Assembly: GCF_001194135.2 (NCBI RefSeq)
Contig: NC_068999.1
Location: forward strand, 41,911,500 to 41,952,111
Reading direction: 5' to 3'
From: Octopus bimaculoides
Lineage: Eukaryota
DNA length: 40,612 nt
Positions 1 through 10,528 of this stretch are shown here, in pieces. Each line of letters begins with the position of its first letter. The first letter of the stretch is position 1. The position numbers and the translations under genes are program-made. The notes under the pieces were generated by a model. The model was not told the DNA's origin. It searched no databases and saw only the letters and a list, made by a program, of their open reading frames with translations.

Positions 1-339
1 CCTATAGTGTACTAACGAACTGGTATATAATTGTTCACGTGTTATTGACTCTCTTTTTCTCTGCTGTAATATTTCTCATACACACATGCATCACTCACAT
101 ACACACTTTTCTTTGTATGACGGCCTGTCTTTGATTATGTTATTATATGTCGTATTCACACTCTCACACAGACATACATCTTTAACGCTACACTAAATAT
201 CTCTGTTATTCATCTTATACGGTTGTGGTCTTTCATTGCTGGTCATCTATGTTATCGTCGCATAACATATCATCTATATCATCTTCGATACAATATTGTG
301 TGTTCGACCGTGTGACACGTTTAAATAAAGGGAGTCCTC

Positions 340-578
340 TGTTTCTTCCATTCGTCACCATTTCTCCTTTGAGTTCGCACGGTCGTCCCTTACACATATA
401 TACGTACAGGTGTGTGCATACCTACGTCTACCTGTATATATAGGTGCATATCTGGGTACAGGACATTGCAAACAAAACGTAGACAAGAAATAATAATAAC
501 CAGAGTACAGAAAACACACAAGCCACATAGAGAACATTTTCCTTCATCAGCTACCCCCGCATTAACACCGGCGTTTCG
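340..578 (-). repeat. Dispersed repeat family P3 (CGAAACG...CTGATGAAG...GTCCTGTACCCAGATATGC), probably Penelope-like
   Basis: Clearly homologous to copies at 21925-22215, 23255-23510 and 36945-37160. Abuts (AT)n. Confidence 0.6.
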
Positions 579-580
579 AA

Positions 581-657
<77 letters not shown>

Positions 658-869
658 CATACACACACACACTTTATTGTAGATTATTGATGCTTCCAAT
701 GGCTTCATGTGGAAGCAATTTCCACAATTTTCAAGCAATCCATGCAGTTAATTACCAGCATTTTTTTTAGTGGATCACTAGAAAATTGTGGAAATTCTGA
801 CTACCTGAAAGCATTGGTAATGTTGTTGATTCAACACAAGTAAAGAGTATTTAGCCAACAAATGTGGTG

Positions 870-1200
870 TTGAACACTCATTATAACTGTTGATATACAC
901 AAGTGAGACATGCACTGGTTATGAAGAGGGAAGACCATTGATTGGTTGCAATGCAAAGGGCCATTGAAAGAAAACCATGGAAAGAGAATATCTAAAATTA
1001 GGTAATTTGAGAATGAATTTAATGATGTGACAGCAGAGGATTAAAACCTCAAGTCCTGCTGGGTTGGACAAGTTGCAAAGTTCACAGATGACAAGTGTGC
1101 CCGTGTTGCTGAGGTGATATTCAAGAAATCAGAAAAGTGTATTTGGAATGCCTCTGCAATGAGGACAATTTAGTTAAATGATTTGAGCCAAGATGGAAAA
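870..1200 (+). mobile_element. Decayed RTE-clade LINE, C-terminal RT region
   Basis: Frameshifted reading LLIYTSET..MKREDH*LVAMQRAIER...WVGQVAKFTDDKCARVAE resembles the RTE motif YASETWxLTKxExxxLxVxQRAMER...WAGHVARxxDxRWxxxVxEW. Confidence 0.6.
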
Positions 1201-1879
1201 GAAGGAATGGGAAACATTGTGGCTAGTGGTGTGTAGCAACATACAATAGTCTGATAGATACAAGTAACTATATTTACACACACACACGTGTGTGTATGTG
1301 AAATATAGTATTAATATTATACAATATTATATAGTTATACTGGCTACTTTACAAATTGGTTTCGCAAAACAGTGAAGAAAAATCAGACCCAAAACACGAA
1401 GCAGCCATAATTATAGGGTGCCGGGGAGAAAATATTAAGTTAAGGGGACATTGAAGTCTTTAGTCATTTTTGTGTTGCTGTGTTTATATCATTCTTTAGT
1501 CATTAGTATGTTGCTGTGTAACTGATTCAACAAATTATAGATTTAACGTTGTGTTACACTTAATATTTATTTAATAATGTTTTATTGATCAATTAATAAC
1601 GAATTTAACAACAGAGATCAAAGCAAGCGACAAACTGCTGAACACATCTGGCATTTATCAGCTCAAAATTTACAAACTTAATTCTTTGGTTCAAATCACA
1701 TTTAGGTTAATTTGAACTTTCGATATTTTTGAAAATCAATATTTTGAAATGAATACATACCAGTTGAACAGGAAATTACTGGCCTGGTGCTCAAATTTGA
1801 AATGAATATTTTTGTAATCGAACATGGTGAAACGATAAAGCAGAGCTGTTGATCTTGGATGCTATATTGCATGAATTTG

Positions 1880-2272
1880 TGAATTTATGTGTGTGTGTGA
1901 ATGTGTGTGTGTGTGTGTGTGTGGATGCGTGTGTGTGTGTAAATGTGTGTGTGTGTGTGTGAATGCGTGTGTGTGTGAATGCGAGCGTGTGTGTGTGAAT
2001 GCGAGTGTGTGTGTGTAAATGTGTGTGTGTGTGAAAATGTGTGTGTGTGAATGTGTGTGTGTGAATTTGTGTTTGTGTGAATGCATGTGCGTGTGTGTGA
2101 ATGTGTGTGTGTGAATGCGTGTGTGTGTGTGAATGTGTGTGTGTGTGTGTAAATGTGTGTGTGTGTGTGTGAATGTGTGTGTGAATGTGTGTGTGTGTGT
2201 GTGAATGTGTGTGTNNNNNNNNNNTGTGTGTGTGTGTGTGAATGCATGCGTGTGTGTGTGTGTGTGTGTGTG
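1880..2272. repeat. Compound (GT)n / GAAT-interrupted microsatellite
   Basis: Directly visible; contains a 10-N gap. Confidence 0.95.
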
Positions 2273-2388
2273 ATAGAATAAGTACTAGGCTTACAAAGAA
2301 TAATTCCTGGGGTCGATTTGCTTGACTAAATGTGGTGCTCCAGCATGGCTCCAGTCAAATGACTGAAACAAGTAAAAGAATAAAAAAG
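2272..2388 (+). mobile_element. SINE A 3' fragment next to an exon donor
   Basis: gatagaataagtactaggcttacaaag...gactgaaacaagtaaaagaataaaaaag; it ends a few bases from the GT at 2395-2396. Confidence 0.85.
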
Positions 2389-2396
2389 ACTATTAC

Positions 2397-2552
2397 CTTG
2401 TGTTTCCCAATTTCTTTAGGGGTGAAATTCACTTCCGCTGTTTGTCCTGACCAGTTCATTTGGACAGGTAACTGAGAATTGGGACCATTGACTTCCACCT
2501 TGACATCTTTCAAATTGACGCTTTGATCCAGGATGGCTAATTTACATTTTGT
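2397..2552 (-). CDS. jbug: Filamin-family exon, Ig-like (filamin) repeat 1
   Basis: Acceptor catttctttcag|ACA, donor AAG|gtaata, 156 bp, phase 0/0. Reads TKCKLAILDQSVNLKDVKVEVNGPNSQLPVQMNWSGQTAEVNFTPKEIGKHK, with the filamin-repeat VxVxGP and FTPxExGxH motifs. Not in the ORF track. Confidence 0.9.
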
Positions 2553-2724
2553 CTGAAAGAAATGTCAAGGCATAGAAATCCATTAGTTTTAAAAATACCA
2601 AAAAATTATTTTATGGAGAAATTTATTATTATTTTACAAAACTAAAGTAAAAAAAGAAAAACAGAACAACAACAACGACAACAACAATTCTAAAAACAAA
2701 TCTGTTGAGGAAATTTTCTTTATA

Positions 2725-2880
2725 AGCATGGATGTGGGGTAAGAATCTTGCTTCCCAACCACATGGTTCCGGGTTCAGTCCCACTGTATGGCACCTTAGG
2801 CAAATGTGTTCTACTATAGTCTAGGACCAACCAAAGCCTTGTGAGTGAATTTGGTAGATGGAAACTGAAAGAAGCCCATC

Positions 2881-2931
<51 letters not shown>

Positions 2932-3375
2932 GGTGGTGAGCTGACAGAAACGTTAGCACGTTGGGTGAAATACTTTGTGGTATTTCGTCTGTTTTTACGT
3001 TCTGAGTTCAAATTCCGCTGAGGTCAACTTTGCCTTTCATCCTTTCAGGGTCGATAAATTAAGTACCAGTTGCATACTTGGGTTGATCTAATTGAATGGC
3101 CCCTACCTCCCCCAAAATTTCAGACTTTGTGCCTAGAGTAGAAAAGTATGTGTGTGTGTGTGTATGTGCATGTCTGTGTTTCTTCCCCTCCCGCTTCACA
3201 ACCAGTGTTGGTGTGTTTATGTCCCTGTAACCTAGCGGTCCAGCAAAAAATGACCGATAGAATAAGTAGCAGGCTTTTAAAAAAATTAGTACTGGGGTCG
3301 ATTCATTCATCTAAAAATTCTCAAGGCATTGCCCCAGCATAGCCATAGCCTAATGACCGAAACAAGTAAAGAAAT
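2725..3375 (+). mobile_element. SINE A interrupted by SINE B (2931-3146)
   Basis: A 5' half 2725-2930, complete B 2931-3146, then the A 3' half resumes in the (TG)n at 3147. Confidence 0.85.
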
Positions 3376-3621
3376 ATTCAAGGCCATCATCATCATCACC
3401 ACCATTGTTGTTTTTACTTTTACCTTTCCTTGCGCTTATGTGACTCATAGAGAATTGGCACAGGCATGTTTTCCAAATAATTGTCGCCAACTCTTATCTG
3501 TTTCCAAGCAAGGTTATATTTCCGCATGGTTGCACATATTTTCACAGGATGTTGGAAATGAAGGACACCATTTGAATGGCATTGACAGTTGCTGATAACC
3601 ATTATGTGAGGTTGAAACAAG

Positions 3622-3624
<3 letters not shown>

Positions 3625-3656
<32 letters not shown>

Positions 3657-4085
3657 GGTGGGCTTCTTTCAGTTTCTCTCTACCAAATCCACACCTCAAG
3701 CTTTGGTTCACCTGAAGCAATTGTAGAAAGACATTTTCTCAAAGTGCTGTACAGTGGGATTGAACCTAAATCCTTGTGGTTGGGAAGCAAGCTTCTTAAT
3801 TACACAGCTAGTTTTTTTTCTTAACAATTAAGGCCGTGAGCTGGCAGAATCGTTAGCACACAGGGCAAAATACTGCTCAGCATTATCTGCCTCTCTTTAC
3901 ATTCTGAGTTCAAATCCTGCTGAAGCAGACTTTGCCTTTCATCCTTATATATTTATTTTTCACTTACTCTTTTACTTGTTTCAGTCATTTGACTGTGGCT
4001 ATGCTGGAGCACCACCTTTAGTTGAGCAAATCGACAAGGCTTTTGCCAGAGCCCCTGGCCATGGTGCCTTGCAGTGGGACCGAAC
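3625..4085 (-). mobile_element. Cluster: SINE A 5' half (-, 3625-3815), SINE B head (+, 3830-3945), internally deleted SINE A (-, 3960-4085)
   Basis: Direct similarity to the 4203 and 5981 copies. Confidence 0.75.
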
Positions 4086-4202
4086 CAGAAATACACAACC
4101 TTTCTTACAATTAATTTCGAAATTTATGAAGAGTTGGGCAAAATAACTGTCATTATGCCAGTGTTTGGAACAAATTACCATGGAATTTTGATGGAAGAAG
4201 GT

Positions 4203-4405
4203 GGCACAGGAGTGACTGTGTGGTAAGTAGCTTGCTTACCAACCACATGGTTCTGGGTTCATTCCCACTGTGTGACACCTTGGGCAAGTGTCTTCTACTA
4301 TAGCCTCGGGCCGACCAAAGCCTTGTGAGTGGATTTGGTAGACGGAAACTGAAAGAAGCCTGTTGTATATATGTATATATATACATATATATATATATCT
4401 ATGTA

Positions 4406-4444
<39 letters not shown>

Positions 4445-4650
4445 TTGTGTGTCTGTTTGTCCTCCCAACATCGCTTGACAACTGATGGTGGTGTGTTTAT
4501 GTCCCCAACACTTAGCAGTTCGGCAAAAGAGACCGATAGAATAAGTATTAGGCTTACAAAGAACAAGTCCTGGGGTCGATTTGCTTGATTAAAGGCGGTG
4601 CTCCAGCATGGCCGCAGTCAAATGACCGAAACAAGTAAAAGAGTAAAAAG
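4203..4650 (+). mobile_element. SINE family A, full length (tRNA-like head, CORE-like accttgggcaagt, central TA/TG microsatellite)
   Basis: Head has A/B-box-like motifs (tgtgtggtaag...ggttcattccc) and the tail ends gaaacaagtaaaagag. More than 15 homologous pieces occur in the window. It resembles the described octopus tRNA-derived SINEs; the exact family name is not verified. Confidence 0.85.
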
Positions 4651-5571
4651 AGAGAGAGAGAGAGAGAGTATGAGAAGAGAAAAATTATTTCACAGAACCA
4701 AGGCTGGTCCCAGGCAGGTTGGTATCCAAAGTGTTGAAGACTAAAATGCTTGTTGTTGTTGTTGTTCTTTAACCCTAGGTTAGCCCTGATCAAGTAGGCC
4801 TATGATCAAAGGATTCCAGCTATGTCTATCACCTCAGTCGCATCATTTTGTATATCAAGAACTATGTTGTATAATGTGTACTTTCTTTTTAACGAAAGAT
4901 GGATTGATTTAGCTGCTGTTTCTAGCAAGCTTAATTACCACAATTAGGCTCTCTTGCCAGTTGCAGTTCAGTTTTTGTTAATTAGTTGTGAGTGATTAGT
5001 TGGCAACATTGAACAGGTTGTCTAGCTATTGTTTAGAACCTCCCTGGTTTGCTTGGGAAAAACAATAAACAGAACTGTGTGTTGCCCTCCTGAAACAAAA
5101 GAACTAAGTTTAACGCAACCGTGAGACCTTACCCCACTTCTGAAACTCCCGGTCTATTTGAAGACTGTGAGAAACATAGCTGAAATATTTGTCTGAATGA
5201 ATAGCAGAAATAACTAAAGTTAATGAGGTTTGTTATTGTATATATATATTTTTAATTTGTAAACATTTTAAAGAATTATTTCTGGAGGTGTTGCCGATCA
5301 AAAGATTGTGTGTTAACGCAAGCTAAAACAGCTAGCCACCTACACTTTTCTCTGCAAAATAGGGGTAGTTTATCCTGTTCAGGCTATATTATTAGCATTA
5401 TTCTGAGATTGAGAATTTAAAATCACTTCTTTAACTTTCTAAGACATCTCAACGCTTCTAAAAGCAAACTTCGTTTGTTTATTTACGTTTATCGTAATTT
5501 GAATTTAACATATGAGAGCGTCTCATAAAGCAAGATTTATATATCTTAAATTTGCAGAGGAATTTGTAGTG

Positions 5572-5646
5572 GGTAGTTTAGCTTAATCGGTCAAAGCATC
5601 GTGACGCGTAATCACGGGGATGTGAGTTCGTGTCCACAGCTTGCCA
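5572..5646 (+). pseudogene. Degenerate tRNA-Thr(CGT)-like sequence, probably a SINE head
   Basis: D arm GCTT-AATCGGTC-A-AAGC, anticodon stem CGTGA/TCACG with loop CGCGTAA (CGT at 5607-5609), and a B-box-like GAGTTCGTGTCC. G replaces U33, the T stem is imperfect and the acceptor stem is bulged, so it is unlikely to be a functional tRNA. Confidence 0.65.
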
Positions 5647-5980
5647 CCTACACTTAAAATCACTTCTTTAATTTCCTTATGTAATGAGCTGTGTCCATTC
5701 TCCATGCCCTCAATGTCAGTGTACAGGTTGTAAAAGTGTGATGTAACACTTCACTTCATAATATTGTGGAAGGGGGCAAAATTGGCAGAATGGTTCGAGG
5801 GTCAGACAAAATGCTTTATAGTGTTTCTTCTGGGTTTTTGTATTCCAGGTTCAAATCCTGCTGAGGTTAGCTCTGTCTTTTATCACTCCAGTTGTGATTA
5901 AGTAAAGTGCCCATCAAGTATTGCAGGTGTTCAGGTTCTAAATTCTTCCTCTTATTCTTAGAATATATGCTGCCTGCCTC

Positions 5981-6195
5981 AGGTGGCGAGCTGGCAGAAT
6001 CGTTAGCAGACCGGATGAAATGCTTAGTGGTATTTCACCTGTCTTTACGTTCTGAGTTCAGATTCTGCTGAGGTCGACTTCGCTTTTCATCCTTTCAGGG
6101 TCAATCAATTAAGTACCAGTTGCGTACTGGAGTCAATCTAATCGACTGGCCCCCACCCCCAAAATTTCAGTCCTTGTGCCTAGAGTAGAAAAGAA
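5981..6195 (+). mobile_element. SINE family B (short tail), full length with target-site duplication
   Basis: aggtggcgagctggcagaatcgttag...gagttcag...gcttttcatcctttcaggggtc...agtagaaaagaat. A perfect 20-bp direct repeat agaatatatgctgcctgcct lies at 5960-5979 and 6192-6211. The central gcctttcatccttcggggtcgataaa segment resembles the Meta-domain SINE core (from memory). Confidence 0.9.
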
Positions 6196-6386
6196 TATAT
6201 GCTGCCTGCCTACCTGTCGTCTAACCATCCACTAATCCATCCACAACTCAGCCATGCATCCATCCTACTATCCACCCACAATTGACAATCACCTTGACAC
6301 CTGACAGGTGGTGCAGTGTGCACCTGCCTGGGCAATATAAATTTCATGGAGGGAGGGAGAGCTAATATGCAGCAAAAACGTTTGAT

Positions 6387-6573
6387 CATAGGTTCTCAAA
6401 GTGGGTGCCATGCGGCTGGTAAGCAAGCTACTTACCACACAGATACTCCTGCGTGTATATATAAATTAGTAAAATATAAAATATTTATTTACACATAAAG
6501 ATACTGGTGGGGGCGCTGGGGGTATTATGTGGCCATGAGGAGGTCGGTGGCCCAAAATGTTTGAAAACCTCTG
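6387..6573. mobile_element. Possible hAT (Charlie-like) MITE
   Basis: TIRs CATAGGTTCTCAAA / TTTGAAAACCTCTG (12/14). No recognisable TSD. Confidence 0.45.
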
Positions 6574-6797
6574 CTATAAACTAATCGTTTGTGTAAGTTG
6601 TTTAGCCAGAAATGGTGGAACCCTCATCTGATAATTACAGAAGCAGAGTTCGCAATATGTATGTGTGCTTACACAGCCCTTATTCTGCTCAGTCTACAGG
6701 ATTTGCAGATGATCTAAGGAATCGAAACCTGCCATAAAATTTAACAAACATTAAAGAGAAGCTAAGCCATAAGTAAGATAGAAATAAAATCACTGAC

Positions 6798-6985
6798 CTC
6801 ATTTCCTACATGGACCTTGTCCAGTTGGGCAGTCAATGTCACTTTCTCAGATTCTGGCACTGTTGGAACTTTGTCTAAGTATTTAACAGCATAAGCCATA
6901 ATTCCAAGATGTTCTTCTTTTTCTTGTGCCATTTCCTTTGCAGATATGGTAGGCTGGATACTCATCAGCTTCCCAGCATTCAAAC
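6798..6985 (-). CDS. jbug: Filamin-family exon: end of CH3 and start of Ig repeat 1
   Basis: Acceptor atttgtttaaag|GT, donor GAG|gtcagt, 188 bp, phase 1/0. Reads LNAGKLMSIQPTISAKEMAQEKEEHLGIMAYAVKYLDKVPTVPESEKVTLTAQLDKVHVGNE. Confidence 0.9.
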
Positions 6986-7039
6986 CTTTAAACAAATATG
7001 AATTTAGAGGGGTCAGCGTACATGATATATAAGACAGTC

Positions 7040-7592
7040 TTGTTGTATATCGCAGTTGTGGCCAATGCCTGTGTTGTAAATGGCACTCTTGAAATCGTAC
7101 CGGTGTCATGCAAATGGCACCTGTGATGGTGACATATAAAAGGCACCCACTACACTCTTGAAATGGTTGGCGTTAGGAAGGGCATCTAGCTGTAGAAACC
7201 ATGCCAAATATGCCAAAGTAGACAGTAGAGCCTAGCACAGTCCCGTGGCTTGTCAGCTTCTGTCAGCATGGAAGATGTTAAATGATGATGATGACAATGA
7301 TGGTGATGATGATGATGATAATAGAGAGATAGATAGAGTGTTGCTATCTTTTTGTTATGACATTGCATGGTAGATGTAAATGAGCATCACTGTCATACAG
7401 GCAGTGTCGTTCATTTCCAATATTCTGCAAAAACATGTCTGGCCCTGGAAGAAATATTACCTTGCTTGGGAACACGTGAGTGTTTGGTGACAGGAAAGGT
7501 GTCTGGCTGTAGAAAATCTGTTTCAACAAATACCATCTGACTCATGCAAGCATGGAAAAGTGGACATTATGATGATGATGATGATGATGATG
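7040..7592 (+). mobile_element. Two adjacent retroposon 3' ends with (ATG)n tails (probably RTE-related)
   Basis: Both units contain aggaagggcatc(c/t)agctgtagaaa-like motifs and end gcatggaa...atgatgatgatg (7040-7320, 7335-7592). An inverted relative lies at 3385-3600. Confidence 0.6.
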
Positions 7593-8032
7593 GATACAAG
7601 TGACAGACATATGACCCAACAAAGGTACCTGTATGCAGTCACCGTGTCTGCTAGAAACATTAACCAAATCTCTCACAAATCACATACTGTGATCTTATAA
7701 AGGAAGGACACACTTAATAATGGAAATGTACTATAAGGTAGACTTTACAGCTCATTTCCATTATCTAAAATGTGCTGCTTAATGCATCAGTAATTAAATT
7801 AATCAGCATTTAATAATTCACAAAATATGAAACGAGTTGCTTTTAATAAGTTCATTTTTTTCTCGTTAACCTAATTTTTCAATATTTATATCTATGTTAC
7901 ATTTTAGTCAGTTTGATGTCTGTCATTAAGTATTTGCAATATGTTTTTGGTTATTTATGAAGGTGTGTATATGGATGTGTATATTGGTATTTATTTAGTT
8001 ATGTATAATGATATGTATGTGGGTGTGTATAT

Positions 8033-8885
8033 TGGTGCCGGAGTGGCTGTGTGGTAAGAAGCTTGCTTACCAACCACATGGTTCCAGGTTTAGTCCCACT
8101 GCATGGCACCAAAACTTTGTGAGCGGATCTGGTAGACGGAAACTGAATGAAGCCCATTGTGTATATATATATATTTATATTTATATATTTATATATTTGA
8201 TCCTTTATATTGAACACTCAATATTTCATCTACATTCAATACTTTCTTTCATGGTGCCATCCATTTTTATGTTATTTTATTTTATATTGTATATCATATT
8301 ATATATTCCATATTCTATACCCCACATTAGTTCTGCAGGAATATAAATAAAACAAAAAACAGACAGTGTTGGAACTCTTTTAAGCAAAATAATATATTCC
8401 TCTATACACAATCATACAAAAAACCCCACCTTTTTTGTATTTATTTTTACTCACATNNNNNNNNNNNNNNNNNNNNNNNNNNNNNNNNNNNNNNNNNNNN
8501 NNNNNNNNNNNNNNNNNNNNNNNNNNNNNNNNNNNNNNNNNNNNNNNNNNNNNNNNNNNNNNNNNNNNNNNNNNNNNNNNNNNNNNNNNNNNNNNNNNNN
8601 NNNNNNNNNNNNNNNNNNNNNNNNNNNNNNNNNNNNNNNNNNNNNNNNNNNNNNNNNNNNNNNNNNTATATATGAATATGTTTGTGTGTATGTGTTTGTC
8701 CTCTCACCATTGCTTGATAAGCGATGCTGGTGTGTTTATGTCTCTGTAACTTAGCGGTTCGGCAAAAGATACCGATAGAATAAGTACTAAGCTTACAAAG
8801 AATAAGTTATGGAGTTGATTAGTTCGACTAAAGGCAGTGCTCCAGCATGGCCGCAGTCAAATGACTGAAACAAATAAAAGAGTAA
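8033..8885 (+). mobile_element. SINE A split at its microsatellite by AT-rich sequence and a gap
   Basis: 5' half 8033-8170, 3' half 8667-8885. Confidence 0.75.
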
Positions 8886-9004
8886 TATAATGTGTATGGT
8901 GTTGATGATGATGATTATGATGATGCTCATAACTATAACAATGATAATGATGAGGGTGATGATGATGAGGGTGATGATGATTGAAAGTTGCAGTGTGTTT
9001 CTAC

Positions 9005-9104
9005 CTTTGGTAAGGACTTCTTCATATGTTCCATTCGTGTTAGTTATATTCCCTCCTGTTGCATTCACCATTTCACAGACCAGCTGACCATCATTCCAGT
9101 CAGT
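9005..9104 (-). CDS. jbug: Filamin-family exon, CH3 middle
   Basis: Acceptor ttctgtcttcag|ACT, donor G|gtagaa, 100 bp, phase 0/1. Reads TDWNDGQLVCEMVNATGGNITNTNGTYEEVLTK(G), a second WNDG motif that continues NFT from the previous exon. Confidence 0.9.
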
Positions 9105-9192
9105 CTGAAGACAGAAATATAGACATAGGGAGGATAAGGACAATCAGTTTATACAAATGAGAAGAATGTATAATGAAGATAAAAAGGTGTAC

Positions 9193-9903
9193 CTATACAA
9201 GTGTGCCCTCTACCGACTTTGTTTCCTCATAACTTTCAGAAAAACAGATATTTTGTAATGGAATTTTCTACAAATATGCTTCAGATGGTGTGTATTCTGG
9301 TTATATCAGGATTTGTGGTGAAAATAATTTCCATGGGTGGGGAGATGAGTTTTGAAAAATTCACACGAATTGGTTTGGTTTCCTTATAACTTTTAGGAAA
9401 ATGGGATATGGGTATGAAATTTTCTAGAAATGCCTTTCAGCATGCATAGATTACGATTATATGAGAATTTAGTATGAAACGGCAAAGATGGTGAACACGC
9501 ACAGATACATACAGACCCAATTCACTATTTTTGTTTTTTTGAAATTTCAAGTTTCATTTTGTAGATGTACAGGATGTATGTCAGTATGTTTATGTACGAG
9601 TTCCTCATTCTTTTCATTCTAAATTTCAATATAATCGTAATCTATACACTCTGAAAGGTATTTGTTGAAAATTTCATTAAGAAACACCTATTTTTCTGAA
9701 AGTTATGAGGAAACAAAGCTGATTTGCGTGAATTTTCCAAAACCCTTCTCATCACTCACAGATAAAACTTTTCACAACAAATTCCATTGTAGTCGGACTC
9801 TACATTTGTTGAAAATTCCATTAAAAAAAAAAGATCTATTTTTCTGAAAATTACAAGGAAACAAAGTTGGTGGGTGGGCGTGGGGAAGGGCATACTTGTA
9901 TAG
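9193..9903. mobile_element. Foldback / long-TIR non-autonomous element
   Basis: Arms at about 9193-9478 and 9613-9903 are reverse complements. Each holds two copies of a 28-bp subrepeat; 9691-9718 is the exact reverse complement of 9217-9244. Ends are ctatacaagt(g/a)tgccct. Confidence 0.8.
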
Positions 9904-10314
9904 AGATGCCATTATGCTAAGTTACAGGGATGTAACCAAACCAACATCTGCTGTCAAGCAGTGTGTGTGTGTGTGTGTTGGGGGTATTTGAAAAGGAGAA
10001 ATGGCTTTAAGCCAAGAGTTGGGGGTTAAATTAAGACAGAGGGACAAGCACATGTACCTTGCTATAGAGGAGGTATATTGTTATCCCACATTGGATAAGG
10101 ATAGGGTGGAAGTAACTAGGAAGAAGATGAAGGGGTGCCAGGGTGAATCCTCAAGGAACGAGAGGGGAAAGAGGGGGATGGAGAGCTATAATAGTGTGAG
10201 GGGAGAGTAACAGACAGAGACTGGAAGGGGGAGAGGTCAATGTAGTGACAAACAGGGGTGGTGAAGGTGTGGCTCGATGGAAAGTATCAGGAATGGATAT
10301 GCATCAAGATATAC

Positions 10315-10528
10315 CGTGAAATTATGAATATCGTTCTTGTGTAGCAATTTTTTAACTCTGTCCAGTGTTGCGTAGTATCCAGGTGAATCCTGCTTCATGT
10401 AGTAGGAAAGGTATGTCATTCCTGAGAGTTCGTCCAGGTGAGGACTGGCCAAATCTTCTGGTCTGACAACAAGTGGGATATCAAATATGTCTTTTGCAAT
10501 ATTCATGGCATTTGTACAATTCTCCAAC
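10315..10528 (-). CDS. jbug: Filamin-family exon: end of CH2 and start of CH3
   Basis: Acceptor tttccttggcag|G, donor ACG|gtatat, 214 bp. Reads LENCTNAMNIAKDIFDIPLVVRPEDLASPHLDELSGMTYLSYYMKQDSPGYYATLDRVKKLLHKNDIHNFT; DELSGMTYLSY is the CH2 C-terminal helix. Confidence 0.94.

Noticed and set aside
5572-5646. Functional tRNA-Thr gene
   Set aside because: G33, a broken T stem and a bulged acceptor stem; the duplicated flank indicates a repeat.
10001-10210. 69-aa plus-strand ORF
   Set aside because: Purine-rich low-complexity intronic sequence with no motif.
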